NCBI GenBank assembly: GCA_036375695.1 | Contig: DASVBU010000021.1 | Location: 27,329 to 91,328 of the forward strand | Reading direction: 5' to 3' | Length of the DNA stretch: 64,000 nt | From: Acidimicrobiia bacterium | GTDB taxonomy: Bacteria > Actinomycetota > Acidimicrobiia > Spongiisociales > ZC4RG35 | Part shown: piece after piece, positions 8,535 to 17,618 of the stretch | Layout: the number at the start of each line of letters is the position of its first letter | How positions within the stretch are numbered: the first letter of the stretch is position 1 | Notes under the pieces: generated by a model | The model's input: only the letters and a program-made list of their open reading frames with translations | The model's database searches: none | What the model was told of the DNA's origin: nothing | Position numbers and translations under genes: made by a program

Positions 8535-9509
8535 TCAGCCTGTCGCTCGGGGCGAGCGCTCCCGGAACGCCCGGAAGATCCCCCAGGCGACCAGCAGGGT
8601 GATGAGCGTCCCGGCCACGCCGGCGATGGCCAGGCTCATCCTCTCGTCCTCGATGCCCCTGGTGGCGTAGTCGGCGAAGAGGAAGTCCGACCAGGCGTGG
8701 TCCCGACCCTGGTCGGCGAAGCCCTCGGTCTGGGCCACCCGCTCCAGACCGTCGGGGGCATCGGCGGCGAACTGGCTCACCACGGTGGCGAAGACCACCG
8801 TCACCAACAAGCCACCCAGGACGAAGACGCGAGTCGGGACCTTGCCACGTCCACTGCGCAGATCGACGCCCGCGGCACCGTGGACCAGGTCGGGCCGGGA
8901 GGCGAGCACCGCTCCCACGGCGATGGAGCTGATCACCGCCTCACCGATCCCGATCAGGGCGTGGATGCCGACCATGGCGCCGAAGACGCGGGTGAACGGG
9001 ATCGGCGCCGTCGCCCCGAAGAGCCACTCGATGGAGAAGGCCGCCGCCGACAGCACGACGGAGGCCCATGAGGCGAGAGCGGTCGCCCCGAGGATGCCGC
9101 CTCGACCCGCCGGCAGGAGCTTCTTGAAGATGCCGAAGAGGGCATACCCGGCGTAGGCGGGGACGATCGCCATGTTGAGGATGTTGTAGCCGAGGGCGGT
9201 GAGCCCACCGTCGGCGAAGAACATCGCCTGCACGGCCACGACGACCGTGACGACGAGGGCGCCCAGATGCGGCCCGAGGAGGATGGCTGCCAGCGCGCCC
9301 CCCATGAGATGGCCGGTGGTGCCTGCGGCCACGGGGAAGTTGAACATCTGGGCGGCGAACACGAATGCGGCGGTGATCCCAGCCACCGGGACCACCTTCT
9401 CGCTCATGGTCTGCCTGAGCTGACGGAGGGCAGCGCCGACGGTGCCGACGCTGACGACGCCGGTGGCCACGGCGGTCCCTGCATTGAGAAACCCGTCAGG
9501 TGCGTGCAA
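8535..9509 (-). CDS. cbiMN: ECF substrate-capture component, CbiM/NikM fused to CbiN/NikN-like C-terminal domain
   Basis: Start re-set to TTG at 9507-9509, giving fMet-His-Ala-Pro-Asp-Gly-Phe-Leu (the conserved M1-H2 metal-binding N-terminus of CbiM/NikM) with GGAGGA 5 nt upstream. The upstream 180 codons of the track ORF are artefact. The C-terminal ~100 aa with 2 TM resemble CbiN. Confidence 0.75.
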   Translation of the reverse strand: MHAPDGFLNAGTAVATGVVSVGTVGAALRQLRQTMSEKVVPVAGITAAFVFAAQMFNFPVAAGTTGHLMGGALAAILLGPHLGALVVTVVVAVQAMFFADGGLTALGYNILNMAIVPAYAGYALFGIFKKLLPAGRGGILGATALASWASVVLSAAAFSIEWLFGATAPIPFTRVFGAMVGIHALIGIGEAVISSIAVGAVLASRPDLVHGAAGVDLRSGRGKVPTRVFVLGGLLVTVVFATVVSQFAADAPDGLERVAQTEGFADQGRDHAWSDFLFADYATRGIEDERMSLAIAGVAGTLITLLVAWGIFRAFRERSPRATG

Positions 9510-9536
9510 TTCGTCCTCCTGATGCCAGGCCATCGC

Positions 9537-9557
9537 AATTGCGAACTGCTTGCAGCA
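9537..9557. promoter_or_regulatory. Candidate Nur (nickel-responsive Fur) box TTGCGA-ACTGC-TTGCAG in the cbiMN / fur-paralog divergent intergenic region
   Basis: Matches the tTGCaa-N5-tTGCAA architecture reported for Streptomyces Nur operators. Lies ~25-45 nt upstream of the cbiMN TTG start and ~20-40 nt upstream of the Fur-paralog GTG start; coordinates +/-2. Confidence 0.45.
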
Positions 9558-9578
9558 AAAGGAGTATAGGTTTGCGCC

Positions 9579-10001
9579 GTGATCATCGACGATCCCTTGC
9601 GGAGCGCCCTGGAACGGGAGGGTCACCGGATGACCGCGCCGCGTCGCGCCGTGTGGCAGGTCGTCTCCACCGCGGAGCGCCATCTCACCGCAGACGAGAT
9701 CGCGGCCCGGGTTCGCTCCGAGTACCCGGACGTCAACCTGTCCTCGATCTATCGGTCGCTGACCCTCTTCGCCGATCTGGGCCTGGTCAGGGAGTCCAGC
9801 CTCGACAGCGGCGGGCCGGCGCATTGGGAGCCGGCGCACCCCGACGACGACTTCCACCTCCGCTGCCGGCGGTGCGGGAGGATCGACCACCACACCGGTG
9901 ACCTCGTCGACCGGGTGCGCAGCCACCTCGAGGGCGAGCACGGCTGGATCCCCGAGCAGGTGGAGCTGCTTGTGACCGGTCTCTGCCCGGACTGCGCCTG
10001 A
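9579..10001 (+). CDS. Fur-family transcriptional regulator, second paralog, Nur-like candidate
   Basis: 140 aa; HTH N-terminus; H..H..CRRC..........CPDC metal-site motifs; divergent from cbiMNQO. Nickel versus cobalt specificity not determinable from sequence. Confidence 0.7.
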   Translation: MIIDDPLRSALEREGHRMTAPRRAVWQVVSTAERHLTADEIAARVRSEYPDVNLSSIYRSLTLFADLGLVRESSLDSGGPAHWEPAHPDDDFHLRCRRCGRIDHHTGDLVDRVRSHLEGEHGWIPEQVELLVTGLCPDCA

Positions 10002-10003
10002 GC

Positions 10004-10138
10004 CCCCTACCCCCGGCCTCCGGCCGGCGGTACCTTCCCCCATGCTTCGCATGGGGGACTGATCCTTTCACCGGCCCCCGGGAACCATGGGCCGCCGTAC
10101 CTTCCCCCATGCTTCACATGGGGGACGCTGCAGCCCCG
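10004..10138. repeat. GC-rich hairpin repeat element, copies 2 (full) and 3 (core only), in tandem
   Basis: CCCCCTACCCCCGGCCTCCGGCCGGCGGTACCTTCCCCCATGCTTCGCATGGGGGACTGATCC then GCCGCCGTACCTTCCCCCATGCTTCACATGGGGGACGCTG; 9-bp perfect stem CCCCCATGC/GCATGGGGG; between convergent fur paralog and the acyl-CoA dehydrogenase. Confidence 0.7.
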
Positions 10139-10165
10139 CCCCGGCGACCTTGGCGTCGAGGTCCA

Positions 10166-11290
10166 TCAGAGCCCGAGGACGTCCCCCAGGCGCTGGCGAT
10201 GGAACCGGGGGTCGCCGAGGAGAAGCGACGACGTCTTGGCCCGCTTCAGGTAGAGGTGGGCGTCGTGCTCCCAGGTGAACCCGATCCCGCCGTGGAGTTG
10301 GATGTTCTCCCCGGCCGCCCACACGTAAGCCTCCGAGGCCACCGACGCGGCGAGGGGGGCGGCGATGGCAAACTCCTGCTCGTCGTCCGTGACCCGGACG
10401 GCGTGATACGCCACCGACTTGGCATGCTCCACCTTGACCAGCATCCGGGCACATCGGTGCTTGACCGCCTGGAACGACCCGATGGGCCGGCCGAACTGGT
10501 GGCGGGTCTTGGCGTACTCGGTCGACATCTCGAGACAGCGCTGGGCCCCACCGACCTGCTCGTTGGCGAGCAGCGACGACGCCATCGCGAGAGCCTTCTT
10601 CAACCCGTCGGCGGCCGGTCCGCCGCCGAGCGGTCGTCCCGCGGCCACACCCTCGAAGGCGACGTTGCCCTGGCGTCGGGTCGGGTCGAGGACGTCCACC
10701 TGCTCGACGCCGACCCCGGTCTCGCCGGCGCGGACCGGGAAGACGGCGACACCGTCGTCGGTGCGGGCCGCGACCAGGAACAGGTCGGCGAGATGACCGT
10801 CGAGGACGTGCTTCTTGACGCCCGAGATCATCCAACGGTCACCGTCCCGGGTGGCGGTGGTCTCGATCGCCTCGAGCCCCCAGTCGCGGGATCCCTCGAA
10901 GACGGCCAGCGTGGCGATGGTCTCGCCCGATGCGATGCCGGGGAGGAGCTCCGCCTTCTGCTCGTCGTCGGCGAGCGTCATGATCACGGGGGTGGCCAGC
11001 CCCACTGTGGCGAAGAAGGGGCCCGGGGTGACCATCCGGCCCATCTCCTCGAAGATCACCGACAGCTCCACGGGGCCGTAGCCGGCGCCGCCGTGCTCTT
11101 CGGGGATGGCGAGACCCGTCCAGCCGAGGTCTGCCATCTCCTTCCACAGCGAGCGATCGAACCCCTCGGGGGTCATCATCAGCTCCCGCACCGTCGGGAT
11201 CGGGAGCCGGTCGTCGAGGAACTCCCGCGCCGTGTTGCGGAGCAGCGTCACCTCCTCGGTCGGCGCATAGGAGACACGGGCCTCAGCCAC
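10166..11290 (-). CDS. acyl-CoA dehydrogenase family protein, probable non-catalytic partner subunit
   Basis: 374 aa ACAD fold (GGIGFTWEHDAHLY C-terminal helix); no recognisable C-terminal YEGT/IEGG catalytic-Glu motif; overlaps upstream ACAD gene by 8 nt. Confidence 0.75.
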   Translation of the reverse strand: MAEARVSYAPTEEVTLLRNTAREFLDDRLPIPTVRELMMTPEGFDRSLWKEMADLGWTGLAIPEEHGGAGYGPVELSVIFEEMGRMVTPGPFFATVGLATPVIMTLADDEQKAELLPGIASGETIATLAVFEGSRDWGLEAIETTATRDGDRWMISGVKKHVLDGHLADLFLVAARTDDGVAVFPVRAGETGVGVEQVDVLDPTRRQGNVAFEGVAAGRPLGGGPAADGLKKALAMASSLLANEQVGGAQRCLEMSTEYAKTRHQFGRPIGSFQAVKHRCARMLVKVEHAKSVAYHAVRVTDDEQEFAIAAPLAASVASEAYVWAAGENIQLHGGIGFTWEHDAHLYLKRAKTSSLLLGDPRFHRQRLGDVLGL

Positions 11291-12467
11291 GCGGCACCTC
11301 CCTCCACGGCACGTCCTTGTCCACCCTGGGGTCTCCGGGGAGGCCGAGGACCCGCTCCGCCAGGATGTTGAGCATCACCTCGGAGGTGCCACCCTCGATG
11401 GAATTGGCCCGGGTGCGAAGGAAGCCGTGCTGAGGCGGCCTGCCCTCGAAGACGGCCGGGCGGACGAGCTGATAGCCGCCCGGGTAGAGCGTCCCATCGA
11501 GGCCCATCAGCTCGAGGGTGAAGGACATCACCGCCTTGTTGTTGTCCGCCCAGGCCAGCTTGCCCGTGGACCCCTCGGGGCCCGGGATCCCGGCCTCCGC
11601 CATCTCGTCGGCGCGAATGGCGGTCAGACGTGCCGCCTCCACCTCGGCCCAGAGCCGGACGAGCTCGTCACGCATCACAGGGTCGCCGTCCCCGTACTCC
11701 TTCCAGGCGCCGATCGCCTCGGCGATCCGACCCGCGCCCCTCGGGACCGTGTTCCCGCCGATGGCCACCCGCTCGTTCATCAGGGTGGTGAGGGCGACAC
11801 GCCACCCGGCCCCGACGGCGTCGATCCGGTTGGCATCGGGAATCCTGGCGTCGTTGAAGAAGACCTCGTTGAACTCCGCCTCGCCGGTGATCTGATAGAG
11901 GGGGCGCACCTCGACACCGGGCGACTCCATGTCGACGACGAAGTAGGTCAGACCCTGGTGCTTGGGCACGTCGGGGTTCGTCCTGGCGACGAGCATCCCC
12001 CACTTGGCGAGGTGGGCCAGGGTGGTCCAAACCTTCTGCCCGTTGACCACCCACTCGTCGCCGTCACGGACGGCCATCGTGGCCAGGCCGGCCACATCGG
12101 AGCCGGCGCCGGGCTCGGAGAACATCTGGCACCAGATCTCCTCGGTGGTGAACATGGGACGCAGCCACCGCTGTTTCTGCTCGGAGGTGCCATGGGTGGT
12201 CAGCACACCGGCGCCCATGCCGATGCCGAGGACATTGCGGGCCCGGTTGTCGATGCTGGCACCCGCCTCGACGAGGCGGCGGTTGATGATCGTCTGATAG
12301 CGCCGCGGAAGCCCGAGCCCGCCCTCCCCTTCGGGATGCCATACCCAGGCGAGACCGAGGTCGTACTGGGCGCCCCAGAACTCCTTGTCGGGGGTCTCGG
12401 CCGGAGGGTGCCCCTCGAGGAGCTGCCGGATCAGGCCTTCGACCCGTTCCAGGTCATGGTCGCTCAT
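11283..12467 (-). CDS. acyl-CoA dehydrogenase (FadE-like)
   Basis: 394 aa; C-terminal SIEGGTSEVMLNI supplies the catalytic-base Glu; typical ACAD N-, middle and C-terminal domains. Confidence 0.85.
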   Translation of the reverse strand: MSDHDLERVEGLIRQLLEGHPPAETPDKEFWGAQYDLGLAWVWHPEGEGGLGLPRRYQTIINRRLVEAGASIDNRARNVLGIGMGAGVLTTHGTSEQKQRWLRPMFTTEEIWCQMFSEPGAGSDVAGLATMAVRDGDEWVVNGQKVWTTLAHLAKWGMLVARTNPDVPKHQGLTYFVVDMESPGVEVRPLYQITGEAEFNEVFFNDARIPDANRIDAVGAGWRVALTTLMNERVAIGGNTVPRGAGRIAEAIGAWKEYGDGDPVMRDELVRLWAEVEAARLTAIRADEMAEAGIPGPEGSTGKLAWADNNKAVMSFTLELMGLDGTLYPGGYQLVRPAVFEGRPPQHGFLRTRANSIEGGTSEVMLNILAERVLGLPGDPRVDKDVPWREVPRG

Positions 12468-12503
12468 ATGCCGCCAAGGTACAGCCGCCGGCCGAAGCTC
12501 GCG

Positions 12504-14132
12504 TCAGGGGATCGCCGGTTCGATGATGGCGTCGAGGTCGAGACCGGAAGGCAACGTGCCATAGAGGTGGCCCCAGTGGCCATCGAGACGGCTGGCGGCG
12601 AAGGCATCGAAGACCTCGGGCGAGGCGTGCTCGGCGAGCAGGACACCTGCCGCGGCCAGGGCCATCCGCTCCGTGATGATCCGCCCCGCGGCCTCGGCGT
12701 CGCTCATGTCGTAGCTCCCGAATGCGGCGTCCAGGGCCCGGTCGAGCCGCGGATCGTGCCCTCGCGCCTCTTCAAGTTCGTTCTGCAGCTCCTTGACCGC
12801 CGCCGGCTCGCGGGCCAGGACGCGGAGCACGTCGAGAGCGATCACGTTCCCACTCCCCTCCCAGATGGCGTTTACCGGGGACTCCCGATAGAGACGGGGC
12901 ATGATCGACTCCTCGACGTAGCCGTTCCCACCGAGACACTCCATTGCCTCCCGCACCACCTCGCTGCAGCGCTTGGTGACCCAGTACTTGGCCACGGGGG
13001 TGAGCAGCCGCTTGACCAGGTCCTCGTGGTCGTCGAGCGCCGCCCGGTCGAATGAGCCCGCCACCCGCATCATCAGGACCACGGCCGCCTCGGTCTCGAT
13101 CTCGAGATCGGCGAGGACGTTGCGCATCAGGGGCTTGGCGACCAGCTCGGCGCCGAACGCCGACCGGTGACGGGCGTGGTGGAAGGCCTGGGTGACGGCT
13201 TGCCGCATGAGGGCGGCGGAGCCGGTGATGCAGTCGAGACGGGTGTGGGCGACCATCTCGATGATCGACGCCACGCCCCGGCCCTCCTCCCCGACCAGAC
13301 GGCCCCAGGCGCCGTCGAACTCGACCTCCGACGAGGCGTTGGATCGGTTCCCCAGCTTGTCCTTGAGACGCTGGAGACGGATGGCGTTCACTTCGCCATC
13401 GGGGGTGAACCTGGGCACCAGGAAGCAAGAGAGCCCACCGGGCGCCTGGGCGAGGACGAGGAAGGCATCGCACATGGGCGCCGACATGAACCACTTGTGA
13501 CCCGTGAGGCTGAACTCGCCGTCGACTCCGGTCGGCGCCGCGGTCGTCGTGTTGGAGCGGACGTCGGAGCCGCCCTGCTTCTCGGTCATCCCCATCCCGA
13601 TGGTGACACCGGTCTTCTCCGCAGCCGGCCGGAAGGCCGGGTCGTACTTGCGGCTCACGATCCGGCGCTCCCACTCCTCGGCGACTTCCCGGGTGAGCCG
13701 GATGGTCGGGACGGCCCCACATGTCATGGAGATGGGGCAGAAGTGTCCCGCCTCGACCTGGGAGACGATGAAGGTCAGTGCGGCCCGCGCCGGGAACCCA
13801 CCCTCGCCCGGTTCCGTCTCCCACGGTATGGAGTGGAGACCGTTGGCGGTGGCCAGGTCCATGAGGTTGTGCCAGGCCGGATGGAACTCGACGGTGTCGG
13901 AGCGGCACCCGTAACGGTCGTGAGTGCGCAGACGGGGCGGGTTCTCGTTGGCGGCGAAGCCCCAGCCGTAGACCTCTTCGGTGGACATCTTCCGACCCAA
14001 CGCCTCCACCTGATCACGGGCCCACCCCGCACCCTCCCTTTCCAGGCCGGGCAGGAGAAGGGGGTCGGCGGCCGCCATGTCGTAGTCGACGAGGGGAGGC
14101 GTCTGATTGAAGACCTCGTGTGTGACGCCCAT
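12504..14132 (-). CDS. AidB-like / long acyl-CoA dehydrogenase
   Basis: 542 aa; ACAD core with IWEGSGNV catalytic motif and extra N- and C-terminal extensions as in AidB/ACAD10-11 type enzymes. Confidence 0.75.
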   Translation of the reverse strand: MGVTHEVFNQTPPLVDYDMAAADPLLLPGLEREGAGWARDQVEALGRKMSTEEVYGWGFAANENPPRLRTHDRYGCRSDTVEFHPAWHNLMDLATANGLHSIPWETEPGEGGFPARAALTFIVSQVEAGHFCPISMTCGAVPTIRLTREVAEEWERRIVSRKYDPAFRPAAEKTGVTIGMGMTEKQGGSDVRSNTTTAAPTGVDGEFSLTGHKWFMSAPMCDAFLVLAQAPGGLSCFLVPRFTPDGEVNAIRLQRLKDKLGNRSNASSEVEFDGAWGRLVGEEGRGVASIIEMVAHTRLDCITGSAALMRQAVTQAFHHARHRSAFGAELVAKPLMRNVLADLEIETEAAVVLMMRVAGSFDRAALDDHEDLVKRLLTPVAKYWVTKRCSEVVREAMECLGGNGYVEESIMPRLYRESPVNAIWEGSGNVIALDVLRVLAREPAAVKELQNELEEARGHDPRLDRALDAAFGSYDMSDAEAAGRIITERMALAAAGVLLAEHASPEVFDAFAASRLDGHWGHLYGTLPSGLDLDAIIEPAIP

Positions 14133-14209
14133 GGCGGAAGGCTAATCCCGGGGTGTAGGGCCCCGACCAGGGCCGTTGGGCCCTGGCGCGCCTGTGCCAT
14201 CCTTGCGAC

Positions 14210-14614
14210 ATGGCGGAACCCGCAGCCTTCGTCCACGAGTCCATGCCCCTGACGCGCACCCTGGGCATCACCACGGAAAAGCTCGACGCGTCCGAAGTCG
14301 TCCTGCGTCTCGAGTGGGCGCCAGAGCTGTGCACGGCCGGTGGCATCCTCCACGGTGGCGCCCTCATGGCTCTGGCGGACTCGGCCGGCGCCGTCTGCGC
14401 GTTCCTCAACCTCCCGGAGGGCGCCACGGCGACGAGCACGATCGAGTCGAAGACCAATTTCCTCGGGGCGGTGCGGGAAGGTTCCGTCACCGCCCGGGCG
14501 ACGGTGCTCCACGCCGGACGGACCACCATCGTGGTGGAGACGACGATCACCGGCCAGGACGAGCGGCTGGTGGCGAAGACCATCCAGACCCAGGCCGTGC
14601 TGGGCGGCTCCTGA
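14210..14614 (+). CDS. PaaI-family hotdog-fold thioesterase
   Basis: 134 aa; GGILHGGALMALADSAGA matches the PaaI/YbgC hotdog thioesterase active-site region. Confidence 0.8.
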   Translation: MAEPAAFVHESMPLTRTLGITTEKLDASEVVLRLEWAPELCTAGGILHGGALMALADSAGAVCAFLNLPEGATATSTIESKTNFLGAVREGSVTARATVLHAGRTTIVVETTITGQDERLVAKTIQTQAVLGGS

Positions 14615-14637
14615 GGTCTCCGGACTAAGTTCGCCTG

Positions 14638-15057
14638 ATGGAGCAGCGCATCAGCCTCGTCACCCTCGGCGTCCGTGACCTGAACAGGGCCAGGGCGTTC
14701 TACGAAGCGATGGGATGGCAGCCGGCACAGGACCTGGGCGAGGTCCTCTTCTATCAGACGGGCGGCATGGTCCTCGCCCTGTGGGGTCGGGCCGACCTTG
14801 CCGAGGACAGCCGGGTCGAAGACTCGGGTGGATGGGGCGGTGTGGCGCTGGCCTACAACGTGCGCTCGCCGGAGGACGTCGACGCCACGATCGAAGAGGC
14901 CCGCCAAGCCGGCGCCGTGATCAGCAAGGAGCCCGGCCCAACGGAGTGGGGCGGCTACCAGGGCGTGTTCATCGACCCGGAAGGGCATCCCTGGGAGGTC
15001 GCCCACAACCCCTTCTGGCCGATCGACGACGACGGCAGCATCAGGCTCGCGGGTTAG
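14638..15057 (+). CDS. VOC-family protein (glyoxalase / bleomycin-resistance fold)
   Basis: 139 aa; N-terminus ISLVTLGVRDLNRARAFYEAMGW typical of VOC proteins. Confidence 0.75.
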   Translation: MEQRISLVTLGVRDLNRARAFYEAMGWQPAQDLGEVLFYQTGGMVLALWGRADLAEDSRVEDSGGWGGVALAYNVRSPEDVDATIEEARQAGAVISKEPGPTEWGGYQGVFIDPEGHPWEVAHNPFWPIDDDGSIRLAG

Positions 15058-15992
15058 AGGTCGAGATCCCAGTTCTGGCCGACGAGGTCGTGCCCGAAGC
15101 TGTGGTGGCGATCCTCCTCGACCAGCGTGAACCCGGCCGACTCGTAGATCCGCCGCGCCGAGACCAGCACGTCGTTGGTCCACAGCATCATCTTCCGGTA
15201 GCCCGCGGAGCGGGCGAAGGCGATGCACTCCTCGACGAGGCGACTGCCGATCCCCCGCCCCCGCGCCCAAGGCTCGACCAGGAGGGTCCGGAGCTGGGCC
15301 GTGTCCGCATCCCGCTCCACGCAGAAGACGCAGCCGGCGCGGGCCCCGTCGATCTCGGCGATCCAGGCGTTCTCCCGACCGGGCCGGAAGTTGGCCTGGA
15401 AGTCGGCCATGATCCTCGCCACCAGGCCCTCGAACTCCTCGTTCCACCCGTACTCCTGGGCGTAGATGGCGCCATGGCGTGAGACGACCCAGCCCAGGTC
15501 GCCAGGTTCGAGACCCCGTACCACCACGTCGCCGCCGGCGTCCTCGGGACGAAGGAGGTGGAGTATCACCCCCATCGCCTCGACGAGCGCCCTCCGCTGA
15601 TCGTCGGTCAACGGCCCGACCAGGTCGGTGACCTGGTCCACGGACCTCTCGTCGAGGACGGCGAACGCGTCCCGACCCTCCGGGGTCAGCTCCAGGACCA
15701 GGGCGCGCCCGTCGTCCGGCGAGGGCGCCGACTCGACCAGGCCCTTCTCCTCGAGACGGGTCAGGACCCGGGTGAGGAAGCTGGCATCGATGCCGAGACG
15801 GGCGCGCAGGTCGGACCGCTCCCAACGCTCCCGCTGGGCGAGCTCGAAGAGCACCCGCGCCTCGGTGAGGGAGTGCTCGGTTTGGAGGAGACCCGAGTCG
15901 AGCAGGCCGATGATCTCGGTCCATGCCCGGCTGAAGCGTCGGAAGCGATCCACGACCGTCATGGCCGGAAAGTAGTGGACGGAGTCCACCAA
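15054..15992 (-). CDS. MarR-family HTH fused to GNAT N-acetyltransferase
   Basis: N-terminal MarR winged helix (ARVLFELAQ...LTRLEEKGLV); C-terminal GNAT motif A (RGRGIGSRLVEECIAFARSAGYRKMMLWT); alternative ATG start at 15960-15962. Confidence 0.7.
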   Translation of the reverse strand: MVDSVHYFPAMTVVDRFRRFSRAWTEIIGLLDSGLLQTEHSLTEARVLFELAQRERWERSDLRARLGIDASFLTRVLTRLEEKGLVESAPSPDDGRALVLELTPEGRDAFAVLDERSVDQVTDLVGPLTDDQRRALVEAMGVILHLLRPEDAGGDVVVRGLEPGDLGWVVSRHGAIYAQEYGWNEEFEGLVARIMADFQANFRPGRENAWIAEIDGARAGCVFCVERDADTAQLRTLLVEPWARGRGIGSRLVEECIAFARSAGYRKMMLWTNDVLVSARRIYESAGFTLVEEDRHHSFGHDLVGQNWDLDL

Positions 15993-16019
15993 ATCAAGCG
16001 GACGGGGTCCACTTTCTCC

Positions 16020-17618
16020 TCAGCCCACCCACGGGACGTCCCGGGTCCGGAACCGGGCCAGACCGGCGAAGGTGAGGGTCAGGGCCACCCCGACGAGCCA
16101 GAGCACCGGAGCCGGCTCGAACGGCTCCACCGGGACCGCAGGCACGTGGGTGAACGGCGAGAGGTTCATGGCCCACTGCGGCAGACCGAGGATCGGGCCG
16201 AGCTGACCGAGGAAGAGGAACGCGACCAGGGCGGCCCAGGCCACCCCGGTCAGCCCGGGCGCCGCCCCGTACAACGCCATGGCGACACCCGCCATGACCC
16301 ACACCGCCGGCAGATGGGCGAGCGCCGCGGAGGCGATCCGGGCGGCCTCGGCGAACGGCTGGCCGGCGGACAGCCCGTACACGATGCCGGCCACGGCGCC
16401 CGAGACCGCGAGCATCACGGCCGGCCCCGCGAGGGCGAATATCAGATGGGATCCGGCCAGGCGCGCGCGGGTGGTCGCGGTGGAGAGGATGAACTCGGTG
16501 CGAAGCAGCTCCTCCTCCTGCTGGAGCCGGAGCACCGTGCGGATCGCATAGCCCGAGACGAGGATCGCCACGATGCCGACGATGCTCATGAAGAAGGCGT
16601 CGGTGATGCCCTCGACTCCACCGAGCATGGCGAGGATCTCGGCCAGCTGCGGGCTGTCGGCGACGAGGCCGCCGATGCTCTCGGCGAAGGAGCCCATGAC
16701 CACGCCCATCACCGCCACGGCGACGCACCAGCCGACGAGGCCCGCCCGATGCTGACGCCAGGCGAGGCCGAGCGGGCCGCGAAGCCCGGCCCCGGCGCGG
16801 GCCACGCCGGCGCGCCGGGCGAGCCACCCCTCCCCCACGTCCCTCCGGGAGGAGAGCGCCAGGGCCAGCCCGCACAGGGCGAGGAAGCCGGCGAGCCACG
16901 CGACCACCACCCACCACCGCTCGCCCGCGAACGGTGACAGCTCGACCGCCCAACCGAAGGGGGTGAGCCACGCCAGCGCCCCGACGCCCGTGCTCTCCGA
17001 GACGATCCGGAGCAGGAAGAAGGCACCCAGCGCGCCGAGGCCGATGCCCCGGGTGACGCCGGTCGACGCGCTGAGTTGCGCCGCCACCGCGGCGACACCG
17101 GCGAAGAACGTCCCCATGCCTGCCGTGGCCAGGGCGAAGGCGACCGACCCGGGGGCCTCCAACCCGACGCCGATCAGGCCGGCGAGCTGGACGATCCCGG
17201 CGACGAGGGCGGCCGCCACCGTGACCAGGATCGCGGCTGCCAGCGGGCCGTGGCGGCCGACCACGGTCGAGCCGAGCAGCTCCCGCCGCCCGGTCTCCTC
17301 CTCGAGTCTCGTGTGCCGGATCATGGTGAGCACGGCCATCACGCCGACGAGGGTCCCGATGATGACGAGGAGCCGCCACGTGGTGAGCGCGCCGATGCTC
17401 GACCCCCGCAACGGGCCGAGGATCGCGGAGAACGCCGGGTTGGAGCCGATGGTGGCCGCCAGCTCCCGGCGCGACGCCTCCGTCGAGTAGAGCTCGAGGA
17501 AGGACTGCGCGGTGATCGCGGGCAGCGATCCCAGGGCGAGCACCCAGAAGGCCAGCTTGACGCGCTCCTGGCGCAGGATGAGCCGGGCGAGCCTGCCGGT
17601 TCCGGTGAAGGCGCTCAC
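16020..17618 (-). CDS. ABC-2 type exporter permease (duplicated 6+6 TM)
   Basis: 532 aa very hydrophobic; translationally coupled (4-nt overlap) to the upstream ABC ATPase gene. Confidence 0.7.
   Translation of the reverse strand: MSAFTGTGRLARLILRQERVKLAFWVLALGSLPAITAQSFLELYSTEASRRELAATIGSNPAFSAILGPLRGSSIGALTTWRLLVIIGTLVGVMAVLTMIRHTRLEEETGRRELLGSTVVGRHGPLAAAILVTVAAALVAGIVQLAGLIGVGLEAPGSVAFALATAGMGTFFAGVAAVAAQLSASTGVTRGIGLGALGAFFLLRIVSESTGVGALAWLTPFGWAVELSPFAGERWWVVVAWLAGFLALCGLALALSSRRDVGEGWLARRAGVARAGAGLRGPLGLAWRQHRAGLVGWCVAVAVMGVVMGSFAESIGGLVADSPQLAEILAMLGGVEGITDAFFMSIVGIVAILVSGYAIRTVLRLQQEEELLRTEFILSTATTRARLAGSHLIFALAGPAVMLAVSGAVAGIVYGLSAGQPFAEAARIASAALAHLPAVWVMAGVAMALYGAAPGLTGVAWAALVAFLFLGQLGPILGLPQWAMNLSPFTHVPAVPVEPFEPAPVLWLVGVALTLTFAGLARFRTRDVPWVG

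Noticed and set aside
9534-10052. Upstream 180 codons of the 505-aa cbiM track ORF (start at 10052)
   Set aside because: It would overlap the divergent Fur-paralog gene and the repeat element; there is no SD, while the conserved MHAPDG N-terminus with a strong SD is at 9509.
10068-11371. Overlapping 255-aa (-) and 420-aa (+) ORFs across the ACAD gene
   Set aside because: Both are alternative-frame readings of the FadE-like gene region with Arg/Gly/Pro-rich composition and no motifs.
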